Shown here in pieces: positions 1 to 15,500 of a stretch of DNA of 33,918 nucleotides; position 1 is the first letter of the stretch, and every line of letters starts with the position of its first letter. This stretch comes from Nemertoderma westbladi. Its lineage: Eukaryota > Animalia > Xenacoelomorpha. The stretch covers positions 1 to 33,918 of the forward strand of contig JAUCBJ010000874.1 of NCBI GenBank assembly GCA_032718475.1, written 5' to 3'. The notes beneath the pieces are model-generated. The model did not search any database, was not told the origin of the DNA, and worked only from the letters and a program-made list of their open reading frames with translations. Position numbers and translations under genes: made by a program.

Positions 1-1035
1 CCCAACTATAACTATAACGATAGTGTAGCTGTAATAGCCCCAACTATAACTATACACTATAGTGTAGCTGTTATAGCCCCAACTATACACTATAGTGTAG
101 CTGTAATAGACCCAACTATAACTATAGTGTAACTGTAATAGCCCCAACTATAACTATAGTGTAGCTGTAATAGCCCCAACTATAACTATAGTGTAGCTGT
201 AATAGACCCAACTATAACTATAGTGTAGCTGTAATAGCCCCAACTATAACTATACACGATAGTGTAGCTGTAATAGCCCCAACTATAACTATACACTATA
301 GTGTAGCTGTTATAGCACCAACTATAACTATACACTATAGTGTAGCTGTAATAGCCCCAACTATAACTATACACTATAGTGTAGCTGTAATTGCCCCAAC
401 TATAACTATAGTGTAGCTGTAATAGACCCCAACTATAACTATAGTGTAGCTGTAATAGCCCCAACTATAACTATAGTGTAGCTGTAATAGCCCCAACTAT
501 AACTATACACGATAGTGTAGCTGTAATAGCCCCAACTATAACTATACACTATAGTGTAGCTGTAATAGCCCCAACTATAACTATAGTGTAGCTGTAATAG
601 ACCCAACTATAACTATAGTGTAGCTGTAATAGCCCCAACTATAACTATACACGATAGTGTAGCTGTAATAGCCCCAACTATAACTATACACTATAGTGTA
701 GCTGTTATAGCCCCAACTATAACTATAGTGTAGCTGTAATAGACCCAACTATAACTATAGTGTAGCTGTAATAGCCCCAACTATAACTATAGTGTAGCTG
801 TAATAGCCCCAACTATAACTATAGTGTAGCTGTAATAGACCCAACTATAACTATAGTGTAGCTGTAATAGCCCCAACTATAACTATACACGATAGTGTAG
901 CTGTAATAGCCCCAACTATAACTATACACTATAGTGTAGCTGTTATAGCCCCAACTATAACTATACACTATAGTGTAGCTGTAATAGCCCCAACTATAAC
1001 TATACACTATAGTGTAGCTGTAATTGCCCCAACTA
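1..1035. repeat. Imperfect ~633-bp higher-order duplication within the satellite
   Basis: Rare variants recur 633 bp apart: GTTATAG at ~70/703 and ~309/942, CACGAT at ~256/889, TAATTG at ~388/1021. ORF track entries 186 and 819 show the same offset. Confidence 0.75.
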
Positions 1036-1599
1036 TAACTATACACTATAGTGTAGCTGTAATAGCCCCAACTATAACTATAGTGTAGCTGTAATAGACC
1101 CAACTATAACTATAGTGTAGCTGTAATAGCCCCAACTATAACTATAGTGTAGCTGTAATAGACCCAACTATAACTATACACTATAGTGTAGCTGTAATAG
1201 CCCCAACTATAACTATACACTATAGTGTAGCTGTAATAGCCCCAACTATAACTATACACTATAGTGTAGCTGTAATAGCCCCAACTATAACTATACACTA
1301 TAGTGTAGCTGTAATACTCCCAACTATAACTATAGTGTAGCTGTAATAGTCCCAACTATAACTATAGTGTAGCTGTAATAGACACAACTATACACTATAG
1401 TGTAGCTGTAATAGACACAACTATACACTATAGTGTAGCTGTAATTGCCCCAACTATAACTATACACTATAGTGTAGCTGTAATAGCCCCAACTATAACT
1501 ATAGTGTAGCTGTAATAGACCCAACTATAACTATAGTGTAACTGTAATAGCCCCAACTATAACTATAGTGTAGCTGTAATAGCCCCAACTATAACTATA

Positions 1600-3125
1600 C
1601 ACTATAGTGTAGCTGTAATAGTCCCAACTATAACTATAGTGTAGCTGTAATAGTCCCAACTATAACTATAGTGTAGCTGTAATAGCCCCAACTATAACTA
1701 TACATTATAGTGTAGCTGTAATAGCCCCAACTATAACTATACACTATAGTGTAGCTGTAATAGACACAACTATACACTATAGTGTAGCTGTAATTGTCCC
1801 AACTATAACTATACACTATAGTGTAGCTGTAATAGCCCCAACTATAACTATAGTGTAGCTGTAATAGACCCAACTATAACTATAGTGTAGCTGTAATAGC
1901 CCCAACTATAACTATAGTGTAGCTGTAATAGCCCCAACTATAACTATACACTATAGTGTAGCTGTAATAGCCCCAACTATAACTATAGTGTAGCTGTAAT
2001 AGCCCCAACTATAACTATAGTGTAGCTGTAATAGTCCCAACTATAACTATAGTGTAGCTGTAATAGCCCCAACTATAACTATACATTATAGTGTAGCTGT
2101 AATAGCCCCAACTATAACTATACACTATAGTGTAGCTGTAATAGCCCCAACTATAACTATACACTATAGTGTAGCTGTAATAGACCCAACTATAACTATA
2201 GTGTAGCTGTAATAGCCCCAACTATAACTATAACTATAGTGTAGCTGTAATAGCCCCAACTATAACTATACATTATAGTGTAGCTGTAATAGCCCCATCT
2301 ATAACTATACACTATAGTGTAGCTGTAATAGCCCCAACTATAACTATAGTGTAGCTGTAATAGCCCAACTATAACTATAACTATAGTGTAGCTGTAATAG
2401 CCACAACTATAACTATAGTGTAGCTGTAATAGACCCAACTATACACTATAGTGTAGCTGTAATAGCCCCAACTATAACTATAGTGTAGCTGTAATAGCCC
2501 CAACTATACACTATAGTGTAGCTGTAATAGTCCCAACTATAACTATAGTGTAGCTGTAATAGTCCCAACTATAACTATAGTGTAGCTGTAATAGCCCCAA
2601 CTATAACTATACACTATAGTGTAGCTGTAATAGCCCCAACTATAACTATACACTATAGTGTAGCTGTAATAGACACAACTATACACTATAGTGTAGCTGT
2701 AATTGTCCCAACTATAACTATACACTATAGTGTAGCTGTAATAGCCCCAACTATAACTATAGTGTAGCTGTAATAGACCCAACTATAACTATAGTGTAGC
2801 TGTAATAGCCCCAACTATAACTATAGTGTAGCTGTAATAGCCCCAACTATAACTATACACTATAGTGTAGCTGTAATAGCCCCAACTATAACTATAGTGT
2901 AGCTGTAATAGTCCCAACTATAACTATAGTGTAGCTGTAATAGTCCCAACTATAACTATAGTGTAGCTGTAATAGCCCCAACTATAACTATACATTATAG
3001 TGTAGCTGTAATAGCCCCAACTATAACTATACACTATAGTGTAGCTGTAATAGCCCCAACTATAACTATACACTATAGTGTAGCTGTAATAGCCCCAACT
3101 ATAACTATAGTGTAGCTGTAATAGC
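1600..3125. repeat. Imperfect 909-bp-offset duplication within the satellite
   Basis: GTCCC at 1621/2530, 1653/2562 and 2034/2943; GACAC at 1763/2672; TTGTCCC at 1794/2703; CATTAT at 2084/2993. Confidence 0.8.
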
Positions 3126-3399
3126 CCCAACTATAACTATAGTGTAGCTGTAATAGCCCCAACTATAACTATACTATAGTGTAGCTGTAATAGCCCCAAC
3201 TATAACTATAGTGTAGCTGTAATAGCCCCAACTATAACTATAGTGTAGCTGTAATAGCCCCAACTATAACTATAGTGTAGCTGTAATAGCCACAACTATA
3301 CACTATAGTGTAGCTGTAATAGCCCCAACTATACACTATAGTGTAGCTGTAATAGCCCCAACTATAACTATACACTATAGTGTAGCTGTAATAGACCCA

Positions 3400-6300
3400 A
3401 CTATAACTATAGTGTAGCTGTAATAGCCCCAACTATACCTATACACTATAGTGTAGCTGTAATAGCCCAACTATAACTAAACACTATAGTGTAGCTGTAA
3501 TAGCCCCAACTATAACTATACACTATAGTGTAGCTGTAATAGACCCAACTATAACTATACACTATAGTGTAGCTGTAATAGCCCCAACTATAACTATAGT
3601 GTAGCTGTAATAGCCCCAACTATAACTAACACTATAGTGTAGCTGTAATAGCCCCAACTATAACTATACACTATAGTGTAGCTGTAATAGCCCCAACTAT
3701 AACTATAGTGTAGCTGTAATAGCCCCAACTATAACTATACACTATAGTGTAGCTGTAATAGCCCCAACTATAACTATACACTATAGTGTAGCTGTAATAG
3801 CCCCAACTTTAACTATACACTATAGTGTAGCTGTAATAGCCCCAACTATAACTATACACTATAGTGTAGCTGTAATAGCCCCAACTATAACTATAGTGTA
3901 GCTGTAATAGCCCCAACTATAACTATACACTATAGTGTAGCTGTAATAGCCCCAACTATAACTATAGTGTAGCTGTAATAGCCCCAACTATAACTATAGT
4001 GTAGCTGTAATAGCCCCAACTATAACTATAGTGTAGCTGTAATAGCCCCAACTATAACTATAGTGTAGCTGTAATAGCCCCAACTATAACTATAGTGTAG
4101 CTGTAATAGACCCAACTATAACTATACACGATAGTGTAGCTGTAATAGCCCCAACTATAACTATAGTGTAGCTGTAATAGCCCCAACTATAACTATAGTG
4201 TAGCTGTAATAGCCCCAACTATAACTATACACTATAATGTAGCTGTAATAGCCCCAACTATAACTATAGTGTAGCTGTAATAGCCCCAACTATACACTAT
4301 AGTGTAGCTGTAATAGACCCAACTATAACTATAGTGTAGCTGTAATAGCCCCAACTATAACTATAGTGTAGCTGTAATAGCCCCAACTTTAACTATACAC
4401 TATAGTGTAGCTGTAATAGCCCCAACTATAACTATAGTGTAGCAGTAATAGCCCCAACTATAACTATAGTGTAGCTGTAATAGCCCCAACTATAACTATA
4501 GTGTAGCTGTAATAGCCCCAACTATACACTATAGTGTAGCTGTAATAGACCCAACTATAACTATAGTGTAGCTGTAATAGCCCCAACTATAACTATAGTG
4601 TAGCTGTAATAGCCCCAACTATAACTATACACTATAGTGTAGCTGTAATAGCCCCAACTATAACTATACACTATAGTGTAGCTGTAATAGCCCCAACTAT
4701 AACTATACACTATAGTGTAGCTGTAATAGCCCCAACTATACACTATAGTGTAGCTGTAATAGCCCCAACTATAACTATAGTGTAGCTGTAATAGCCCCAA
4801 CTATAACTATACACTATAGTGTAGCTGTAATAGCCCCAACTATAACTATAGTGTAGCTGTAATAGACCCAACTATAACTATACACGATAGTGTAGATGTA
4901 ATAGCCCCAACTATAACTATAGTGTAGCTGTAATAGCCCCAACTATACACTATAGTGTAGCTGTAATAGACCCAACTATAACTATAGTGTAGCTGTAATA
5001 GCCCCAACTATAACTATAGTATAGCTGTAATAGCCCCAACTATAACTATAGTGTAGCTGTAATAGCCCCAACTATACACTATAGTGTAGCTGTAATAGAC
5101 CCAACTATAACTATAGTGTAGCTGTAATAGACCCAACTATAACTATAGTGTAGCTGTAATAGCCCCAACTATAACTATACACTATAGTGTAGCTGTAATA
5201 GCCCCAACTATAACTATACACTATAGTGTAGCTGTAATAGCCCCAACTATAACTATACACTATAGTGTAGCTGTAATAGCCCCAACTATAACTATACACT
5301 ATAGTGTAGCTGTAATAGCCCGAACTATAACTATACACTATAGTGTAGCTGTAATAGCCCCAACTATAACTATAGTGTAGCTGTAATAGCCCCAACTATA
5401 ACTATACACTATAGTGTAGCTGTAATAGCCCCAACTATAACTATAGTGTAGCTGTAATAGCCCCAACTATAATTATACACTATAGTGTAGCTGTAATAGC
5501 CCCAACTATAACTATACACTATAGTGTAGCTGTAATAGCCCCAACTATAACTATATACTATATTGTAGCTGTAATAGCCCCAACTATAACTATACACTAT
5601 AGTGTAGCTGTAATAGCCCCAACTATAACTATAGTGTAGCTGTAATAGACCCAACTATAACTATAGTGTAGCTGTAATAGCCCCAACTATAACTATAGTG
5701 TAGCTGTAATAGACCCAACCATAACTATATACTATAGTGTAGCTGTAATAGCCCCAACTATAACTATACACTATAGTGTAGCTGTAATAGCCCCAACTAT
5801 AACTATAGTGTAGCTGTAATAGACCCAACTATAACTATAGTGTAGCTGTAATAGACCCAACTATAACTATACACTATAGTGTAGCTGTAATAGCCCCAAC
5901 TATAACTATACACTATAGTGTAGCTGTAATAGCCCCAACTATAACTATAGTGTAGCTGTAATAGCCCCAACTATAACTATAGTGTAGCTGTAATAGCCCC
6001 AACTATAACTATATACTATAGTGTAGCTGTAATAGCCCCAACTATAACTATAGTGTAGCTGTAATAGCCCCAACTATAACTATAGTGTAGCTGTAATAGC
6101 CACAACTATAACTATAGTGTAGCTGTAATAGACCCAACTATACACTATAGTGTAGCTGTAATAGCCCCAACTATAACTATAGTGTAGCTGTAATAGACCC
6201 AACTATACACTATAGTGTAGCTGTAATAGACCCAACTATAACTATAGTGTAGCTGTAATAGCCCCAACTATACCTATACACTATAGTGTAGCTGTAATAG

Positions 6301-8875
6301 CCCAACTATAACTAAACACTATAGTGTAGCTGTAATAGCCCCAACTATAACTATACACTATAGTGTAGCTGTAATAGACCCAACTATAACTATACACTAT
6401 AGTGTAGCTGTAATAGCCCCAACTATAACTATAGTGTAGCTGTAATAGCCCCAACTATAACTAACACTATAGTGTAGCTGTAATAGCCCCAACTATAACT
6501 ATACACTATAGTGTAGCTGTAATAGCCCCAACTATAACTATAGTGTAGCTGTAATAGCCCCAACTATAACTATACACTATAGTGTAGCTGTAATAGCCCC
6601 AACTATAACTATACACTATAGTGTAGCTGTAATAGCCCCAACTTTAACTATACACTATAGTGTAGCTGTAATAGCCCCAACTATAACTATACACTATAGT
6701 GTAGCTGTAATAGCCCCAACTATAACTATAGTGTAGCTGTAATAGCCCCAACTATAACTATACACTATAGTGTAGCTGTAATAGCCCCAACTATAACTAT
6801 AGTGTAGCTGTAATAGCCCCAACTATAACTATAGTGTAGCTGTAATAGCCCCAACTATAACTATAGTGTAGCTGTAATAGCCCCAACTATAACTATAGTG
6901 TAGCTGTAATAGCCCCAACTATAACTATAGTGTAGCTGTAATAGACCCAACTATAACTATACACGATAGTGTAGCTGTAATAGCCCCAACTATAACTATA
7001 GTGTAGCTGTAATAGCCCCAACTATAACTATAGTGTAGCTGTAATAGCCCCAACTATAACTATACACTATAATGTAGCTGTAATAGCCCCAACTATAACT
7101 ATAGTGTAGCTGTAATAGCCCCAACTATACACTATAGTGTAGCTGTAATAGACCCAACTATAACTATAGTGTAGCTGTAATAGCCCCAACTATAACTATA
7201 GTGTAGCTGTAATAGCCCCAACTTTAACTATACACTATAGTGTAGCTGTAATAGCCCCAACTATAACTATAGTGTAGCAGTAATAGCCCCAACTATAACT
7301 ATAGTGTAGCTGTAATAGCCCCAACTATAACTATAGTGTAGCTGTAATAGCCCCAACTATACACTATAGTGTAGCTGTAATAGACCCAACTATAACTATA
7401 GTGTAGCTGTAATAGCCCCAACTATAACTATAGTGTAGCTGTAATAGCCCCAACTATAACTATACACTATAGTGTAGCTGTAATAGCCCCAACTATAACT
7501 ATACACTATAGTGTAGCTGTAATAGCCCCAACTATAACTATACACTATAGTGTAGCTGTAATAGCCCCAACTATACACTATAGTGTAGCTGTAATAGCCC
7601 CAACTATAACTATAGTGTAGCTGTAATAGCCCCAACTATAACTATACACTATAGTGTAGCTGTAATAGCCCCAACTATAACTATAGTGTAGCTGTAATAG
7701 ACCCAACTATAACTATACACGATAGTGTAGATGTAATAGCCCCAACTATAACTATAGTGTAGCTGTAATAGCCCCAACTATACACTATAGTGTAGCTGTA
7801 ATAGACCCAACTATAACTATAGTGTAGCTGTAATAGCCCCAACTATAACTATAGTATAGCTGTAATAGCCCCAACTATAACTATAGTGTAGCTGTAATAG
7901 CCCCAACTATACACTATAGTGTAGCTGTAATAGACCCAACTATAACTATAGTGTAGCTGTAATAGACCCAACTATAACTATAGTGTAGCTGTAATAGCCC
8001 CAACTATAACTATACACTATAGTGTAGCTGTAATAGCCCCAACTATAACTATACACTATAGTGTAGCTGTAATAGCCCCAACTATAACTATACACTATAG
8101 TGTAGCTGTAATAGCCCCAACTATAACTATACACTATAGTGTAGCTGTAATAGCCCGAACTATAACTATACACTATAGTGTAGCTGTAATAGCCCCAACT
8201 ATAACTATAGTGTAGCTGTAATAGCCCCAACTATAACTATACACTATAGTGTAGCTGTAATAGCCCCAACTATAACTATAGTGTAGCTGTAATAGCCCCA
8301 ACTATAATTATACACTATAGTGTAGCTGTAATAGCCCCAACTATAACTATACACTATAGTGTAGCTGTAATAGCCCCAACTATAACTATATAATATATTG
8401 TAGCTGTAATAGCCCCAACTATAACTATACACTATAGTGTAGCTGTAATAGCCCCAACTATAACTATAGTGTAGCTGTAATAGACCCAACTATAACTATA
8501 GTGTAGCTGTAATAGCCCCAACTATAACTATAGTGTAGCTGTAATAGACCCAACCATAACTATATACTATAGTGTAGCTGTAATAGCCCCAACTATAACT
8601 ATACACTATAGTGTAGCTGTAATAGCCCCAACTATAACTATAGTGTAGCTGTAATAGACCCAACTATAACTATAGTGTAGCTGTAATAGACCCAACTATA
8701 ACTATACACTATAGTGTAGCTGTAATAGCCCCAACTATAACTATACACTATAGTGTAGCTGTAATAGCCCCAACTATAACTATAGTGTAGCTGTAATAGC
8801 CCCAACTATAACTATAGTGTAGCTGTAATAGCCCCAACTATAACTATATACTATAGTGTAGCTGTAATAGCCCCA
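3400..8875. repeat. Near-identical tandem block duplication, period 2835 bp (~3400-6040 and ~6235-8875)
   Basis: Markers at a constant 2835 offset: TACCTAT 3438/6273, CCCGAA 5322/8157, AACCAT 5720/8555. ORF pairs 4561/7396, 5111/7946 and 5409/8244. Confidence 0.9.
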
Positions 8876-11800
8876 ACTATAACTATACACTATAGTGTAG
8901 CTATAATAGCCCCAACTAAAACTATAGTGTAGCTGTAATAGACCCAACTATAACTATAGTGTAGCTGTAATAGCCCCAACTATAACTATAGTGTAGCTGT
9001 AATAGACCCAACTATAACTATATACTATAGTGTAGCTGTAATAGCCCCAACTATAACTATACACTATAGTGTAGCTGTAATAGACCCAACTATAACTATA
9101 GTGTAACTGTAATAGCCCCAACTATAACTATAGTGTAGCTGTAATAGCCCCAACTATAACTATACACTATAGTGTAGCTGTAATAGCCCCAACTATAACT
9201 ATAGTGTAGCTGTAATAGACCCAACTATAACTATAGTGTAGCTGTAATAGACCCAACTATAACTATACACTATAGTGTAGCTGTAATAGCCCCAACTATA
9301 ACTATACACTATAGTGTAGCTGTAATAGCCCCAACTATAACTATAGTGTAGCTGTAATAGCCACAACTATAACTATACACTATAGTGTAGCTGTAATAGC
9401 CCCAACTGTAACTATACACTATAGTGTAGCTGTAATAGCCCCAACTATAACTATAGTGTAGTTGTAATAGACCCAACTATAACTATACACTATAGTGTAG
9501 CTGTAATAGCCCCAACTATAACTATACACTATAGTGTAGCTGTAATAGCCCCAACTATAACTATACACTATAGTGTAGCTGTAATAGCCCCAACTGTAAC
9601 TATACACTATAGTGTAGCTGTAATAGCCCCAACTATAACTATACACTATAGTGTAGCTGTAATAGCCCCAACTATACACTATAGTGTAGCTGTAATAGCC
9701 CCAACTATAACTATACACTATAGTGTAGCTGTAATAGCCCCAACTAAAACTATACACTATAGTCTAGCTGTAATAGCCCCAACTATAACTATACACTATA
9801 GTCTAGCTGTAATAGCCCCAACTATAACTATACACTATAGTGTAGCTGTAATAGCCCCAACTATAACTATAGTGTAGTTGTAATAGACCCAACTATAACT
9901 ATACACTATAGTGTAGCTGTAATAGCCCCAACTATAACTATACACTATAGTGTAGCTGTAATAGCCCCAACTATAACTATACACTATAGTGTAGCTGTAA
10001 TAGCCCCAACTATAACTATACACTATAGTGTAGCTGTAATAGCCCCAACTGTAACTATACACTATAGTGTAGCTGTAATAGCCCCAACTATAACTATACA
10101 CTATAGTGTAGCTGTAATAGCCCCAACTATACACTATAGTGTAGCTGGAATAGCCCCAACTATAACTATACACTATAGTGTAGCTGTAATAGCCCCAACT
10201 ATAACTATACACTATAGTCTAGCTGTAATAGCCCCAACTATAACTATACACTATAGTGTAGCTGTAATAGCCCCAACTATACACTATAGTGTAGCTGTAA
10301 TAGCCCCAACTATAACTATACACTATAGTGTAGCTGTAATAGCCCCAACTATAACTATAGTGTAGCTGTAATAGCCCCAACTATAACTTTAGTGTAGCTG
10401 TAATAGTCCCAACTATAACTATAGTGTAGCTGTAATAGTCCCAACTATAACTATAGTGTAGCTGTAATAGCCCCAACTATAACTATACATTATAGTGTAG
10501 CTGTAATAGCCCCAACTATAACTATACACTATAGTGTAGCTGTAATAGCCCCAACTATAACTATACACTATAGTGTAGCTGTAATAGCCCCAACTATACA
10601 CTATAGTGTAGCTGTAATAGCCCCAACTATAACTATACACTATAGTGTAGCTGTAATAGCCCCAACTATAACTATACACTATAGTGTAGCTGTAATAGCC
10701 CCAACTATAACTATACACTATAGTGTAGCTGTAATAGCCCCAACTATAACTATACACTATAGTGTAGCTGTAATAGCCCCAACTATAACTATAGTGTAGC
10801 TGTAATAGACCCAACTATAACTAACACTATAGTGTAGCTGTAATAGCCCCAACTATAACTATACACTATAGTGTAGCTGTAATAGCCCCAACTATAACTA
10901 TAGTGTAGCTGTAATAGCCCCAACTATAACTAAACACTATAGTGTAGCTGTAATAGCCCCAACTATAACTATAGTGTAGCTGTAATAGCCCCAACTATAA
11001 CTATAGTGTAGCTGTAATAGACCCAACTATACACTATAGTGTAGCTGTAATAGCCCCAACTATAACTATAGTGTAGCTGTAATAGACCCAACTATACACT
11101 ATAGTGTAGCTGTAATAGACCCAACTATAACTATAGTGTAGCTGTAATAGCCCCAACTATACCTATACACTATAGTGTAGCTGTAATAGCCCAACTATAA
11201 CTAAACACTATAGTGTAGCTGTAATAGCCCCAACTATAACTATACACTATAGTGTAGCTGTAATAGACCCAACTATAACTATACACTATAGTGTAGCTGT
11301 AATAGCCCCAACTATAACTATAGTGTAGCTGTAATAGCCCCAACTATAACTAACACTATAGTGTAGCTGTAATAGCCCCAACTATAACTATACACTATAG
11401 TGTAGCTGTAATAGCCCCAACTATAACTATAGTGTAGCTGTAATAGCCCCAACTATAACTATAGTGTAGCTGTAATAGCCCCAACTATAACTATACACTA
11501 TAGTGTAGCTGTAATAGCCCCAACTATAACTATAGTGTAGCTGTAATAGCCCCAACTATAACTATAGTGTAGCTGTAATAGACCCAACTATAACTATACA
11601 CGATAGTGTAGCTGTAATAGCCCCAACTATAACTATACACTATAGTGTAGCTGTAATAGCCCCAACTTTAACTATACACTATAGTGTAGCTGTAATAGCC
11701 CCAACTATAACTATACACTATAGTGTAGCTGTAATAGCCCCAACTATAACTATAGTGTAGCTGTAATAGCCCCAACTATAACTATACACTATAGTGTAGC

Positions 11801-12559
11801 TGTAATAGCCCCAACTATAACTATAGTGTAGCTGTAATAGCCCCAACTATAACTATAGTGTAGCTGTAATAGCCCCAACTATAACTATAGTGTAGCTGTA
11901 ATAGCCCCAACTATAACTATAGTGTAGCTGTAATAGCCCCAACTATAACTATAGTGTAGCTGTAATAGACCCAACTATAACTATACACGATAGTGTAGCT
12001 GTAATAGCCCCAACTATAACTATAGTGTAGCTGTAATAGCCCCAACTATAACTATAGTGTAGCTGTAATAGCCCCAACTATAACTATACACTATAATGTA
12101 GCTGTAATAGCCCCAACTATAACTATAGTGTAGCTGTAATAGCCCCAACTATACACTATAGTGTAGCTGTAATAGACCCAACTATAACTATAGTGTAGCT
12201 GTAATAGCCCCAACTATAACTATAGTGTAGCTGTAATAGCCCCAACTTTAACTATACACTATAGTGTAGCTGTAATAGCCCCAACTATAACTATAGTGTA
12301 GCAGTAATAGCCCCAACTATAACTATAGTGTAGCTGTAATAGCCCCAACTATAACTATAGTGTAGCTGTAATAGCCCCAACTATACACTATAGTGTAGCT
12401 GTAATAGACCCAACTATAACTATAGTGTAGCTGTAATAGCCCCAACTATAACTATAGTGTAGCTGTAATAGCCCCAACTATAACTATACACTATAGTGTA
12501 GCTGTAATAGCCCCAACTCATAACTATACACTATAGTGTAGCTGTAATAGCCCCAACTA

Positions 12560-15500
12560 TAACTATACACTATAGTGTAGCTGTAATAGCCCCAACTATA
12601 CACTATAGTGTAGCTGTAATAGCCCCAACTATAACTATAGTGTAGCTGTAATAGCCCCAACTATAACTATACACTATAGTGTAGCTGTAATAGCCCCAAC
12701 TATAACTATAGTGTAGCTGTAATAGACCCAACTATAACTATACACGATAGTGTAGATGTAATAGCCCCAACTATAACTATAGTGTAGCTGTAATAGCCCC
12801 AACTATACACTATAGTGTAGCTGTAATAGACCCAACTATAACTATAGTGTAGCTGTAATAGCCCCAACTATAACTATAGTATAGCTGTAATAGCCCCAAC
12901 TATAACTATAGTGTAGCTGTAATAGCCCCAACTATACACTATAGTGTAGCTGTAATAGACCCAACTATAACTATAGTGTAGCTGTAATAGACCCAACTAT
13001 AACTATAGTGTAGCTGTAATAGCCCCAACTATAACTATACACTATAGTGTAGCTGTAATAGCCCCAACTATAACTATACACTATAGTGTAGCTGTAATAG
13101 CCCCAACTATAACTATACACTATAGTGTAGCTGTAATAGCCCCAACTATAACTATACACTATAGTGTAGCTGTAATAGCCCGAACTATAACTATACACTA
13201 TAGTGTAGCTGTAATAGCCCCAACTATAACTATAGTGTAGCTGTAATAGCCCCAACTATAACTATACACTATAGTGTAGCTGTAATAGCCCCAACTATAA
13301 CTATAGTGTAGCTGTAATAGCCCCAACTATAATTATACACTATAGTGTAGCTGTAATAGCCCCAACTATAACTATACACTATAGTGTAGCTGTAATAGCC
13401 CCAACTATAACTATATACTATATTGTAGCTGTAATAGCCCCAACTATAACTATACACTATAGTGTAGCTGTAATAGCCCCAACTATAACTATAGTGTAGC
13501 TGTAATAGACCCAACTATAACTATAGTGTAGCTGTAATAGCCCCAACTATAACTATAGTGTAGCTGTAATAGACCCAACTATAACTATATACTATAGTGT
13601 AGCTGTAATAGCCCCAACTATAACTATACACTATAGTGTAGCTGTAATAGCCCCAACTATAACTATAGTGTAGCTGTAATAGACCCAACTATAACTATAG
13701 TGTAGCTGTAATAGACCCAACTATAACTATACACTATAGTGTAGCTGTAATAGCCCCAACTATAACTATACACTATAGTGTAGCTGTAATAGCCCCAACT
13801 ATAACTATAGTGTAGCTGTAATAGCCCCAACTATAACTATAGTGTAGCTGTAATAGCCCCAACTATAACTATACACTATAGTGTAGCTGTAATAGCCCCA
13901 ACTATAACTATACACTATAGTGTAGCTGTAATAGCCCCAACTATAACTATACACTATAGTGTAGCTGTAATAGCCCCAACTATAACTATAGTGTAGCTGT
14001 AATAGACCCAACTATAACTATAGTGTAGCTGTAATAGACCCAACTATAACTATATACACTATAGTGTAGCTGTAATAGCCCCAACTGTAACTATACACTA
14101 TAGTGTAGCTGTAATAGCCCCAACTATAACTATAGTGTAGCTGTAATAGCCCCAACTATAACTATACACTATAGTGTAGCTGTAATAGCCCCAACTGTAA
14201 CTATACACTATAGTGTAGCTGTAATAGCCCCAACTATAACTATACACTATAGTGTAGCTGTAATAGCCCCAACTATACACTATAGTGTAGCTGTAATAGC
14301 CCCAACTATAACTATACACTATAGTGTAGCTGTAATAGCCCCAACTAAAACTATACACTATAGTCTAGCTGTAATAGCCCCAACTATAACTATACACTAT
14401 AGTCTAGCTGTAATAGCCCCAACTATAACTATACACTATAGTGTAGCTGTAATAGCCCCAACTATAACTATAGTGTAGTTGTAATAGACCCAACTATAAC
14501 TATACACTATAGTGTAGCTGTAATAGCCCCAACTATAACTATACACTATAGTGTAGCTGTAATAGCCCCAACTATAACTATACACTATAGTGTAGCTGTA
14601 ATAGCCCAACTATAACTATACACTATAGTGTAGCTGTAATAGCCCCAACTGTAACTATACACTATAGTGTAGCTGTAATAGCCCCAACTATAACTATACA
14701 CTATAGTGTAGCTGTAATAGCCCCAACTTTAACTATACACTATAGTGTAGCTGTAATAGCCCCAACTATAACTATACACTATAGTGTAGCTGTAATAGCC
14801 CCAACTATAACTATAGTGTAGCTGTAATAGCCCCAACTATAACTATACACTATAGTGTAGCTGTAATAGCCCCAACTATAACTATAGTGTAGCTGTAATA
14901 GCCCCAACTATAACTATAGTGTAGCTGTAATAGCCCCAACTATAACTATAGTGTAGCTGTAATAGCCCCAACTATAACTACAGTGTAGCTGTAATAGCCC
15001 CAACTATAACTATAGTGTAGCTGTAATAGACCCAACTATAACTATACACGATAGTGTAGCTGTAATAGCCCCAACTATAACTATAGTGTAGCTGTAATAG
15101 CCCCAACTATAACTATAGTGTAGCTGTAATAGCCCCAACTATAACTATACACTATAATGTAGCTGTAATAGCCCCAACTATAACTATAGTGTAGCTGTAA
15201 TAGCCCCAACTATACACTATAGTGTAGCTGTAATAGACCCAACTATAACTATAGTGTAGCTGTAATAGCCCCAACTATAACTATAGTGTAGCTGTAATAG
15301 CCCCAACTTTAACTATACACTATAGTGTAGCTGTAATAGCCCCAACTATAACTATAGTGTAGCAGTAATAGCCCCAACTATAACTATAGTGTAGCTGTAA
15401 TAGCCCCAACTATAACTATAGTGTAGCTGTAATAGCCCCAACTATACACTATAGTGTAGCTGTAATAGACCCAACTATAACTATAGTGTAGCTGTAATAG

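Noticed and set aside
50-70. ACACTATAG matches the 3' end of the SP6 promoter, and TAACTATAAC matches the start of the I-CeuI site, suggesting a vector or primer concatemer
   Set aside because: Only 9-10 bp match, and the rest of each site is absent. Hierarchically inherited variants and a junction to genomic DNA fit a natural satellite better.
12511-12525. Singleton variants such as AACTCATAAC (12519), GCTGGAA (~10147) and GCCGCA (~22668)
   Set aside because: Seen once each; indistinguishable from sequencing error or private mutation.
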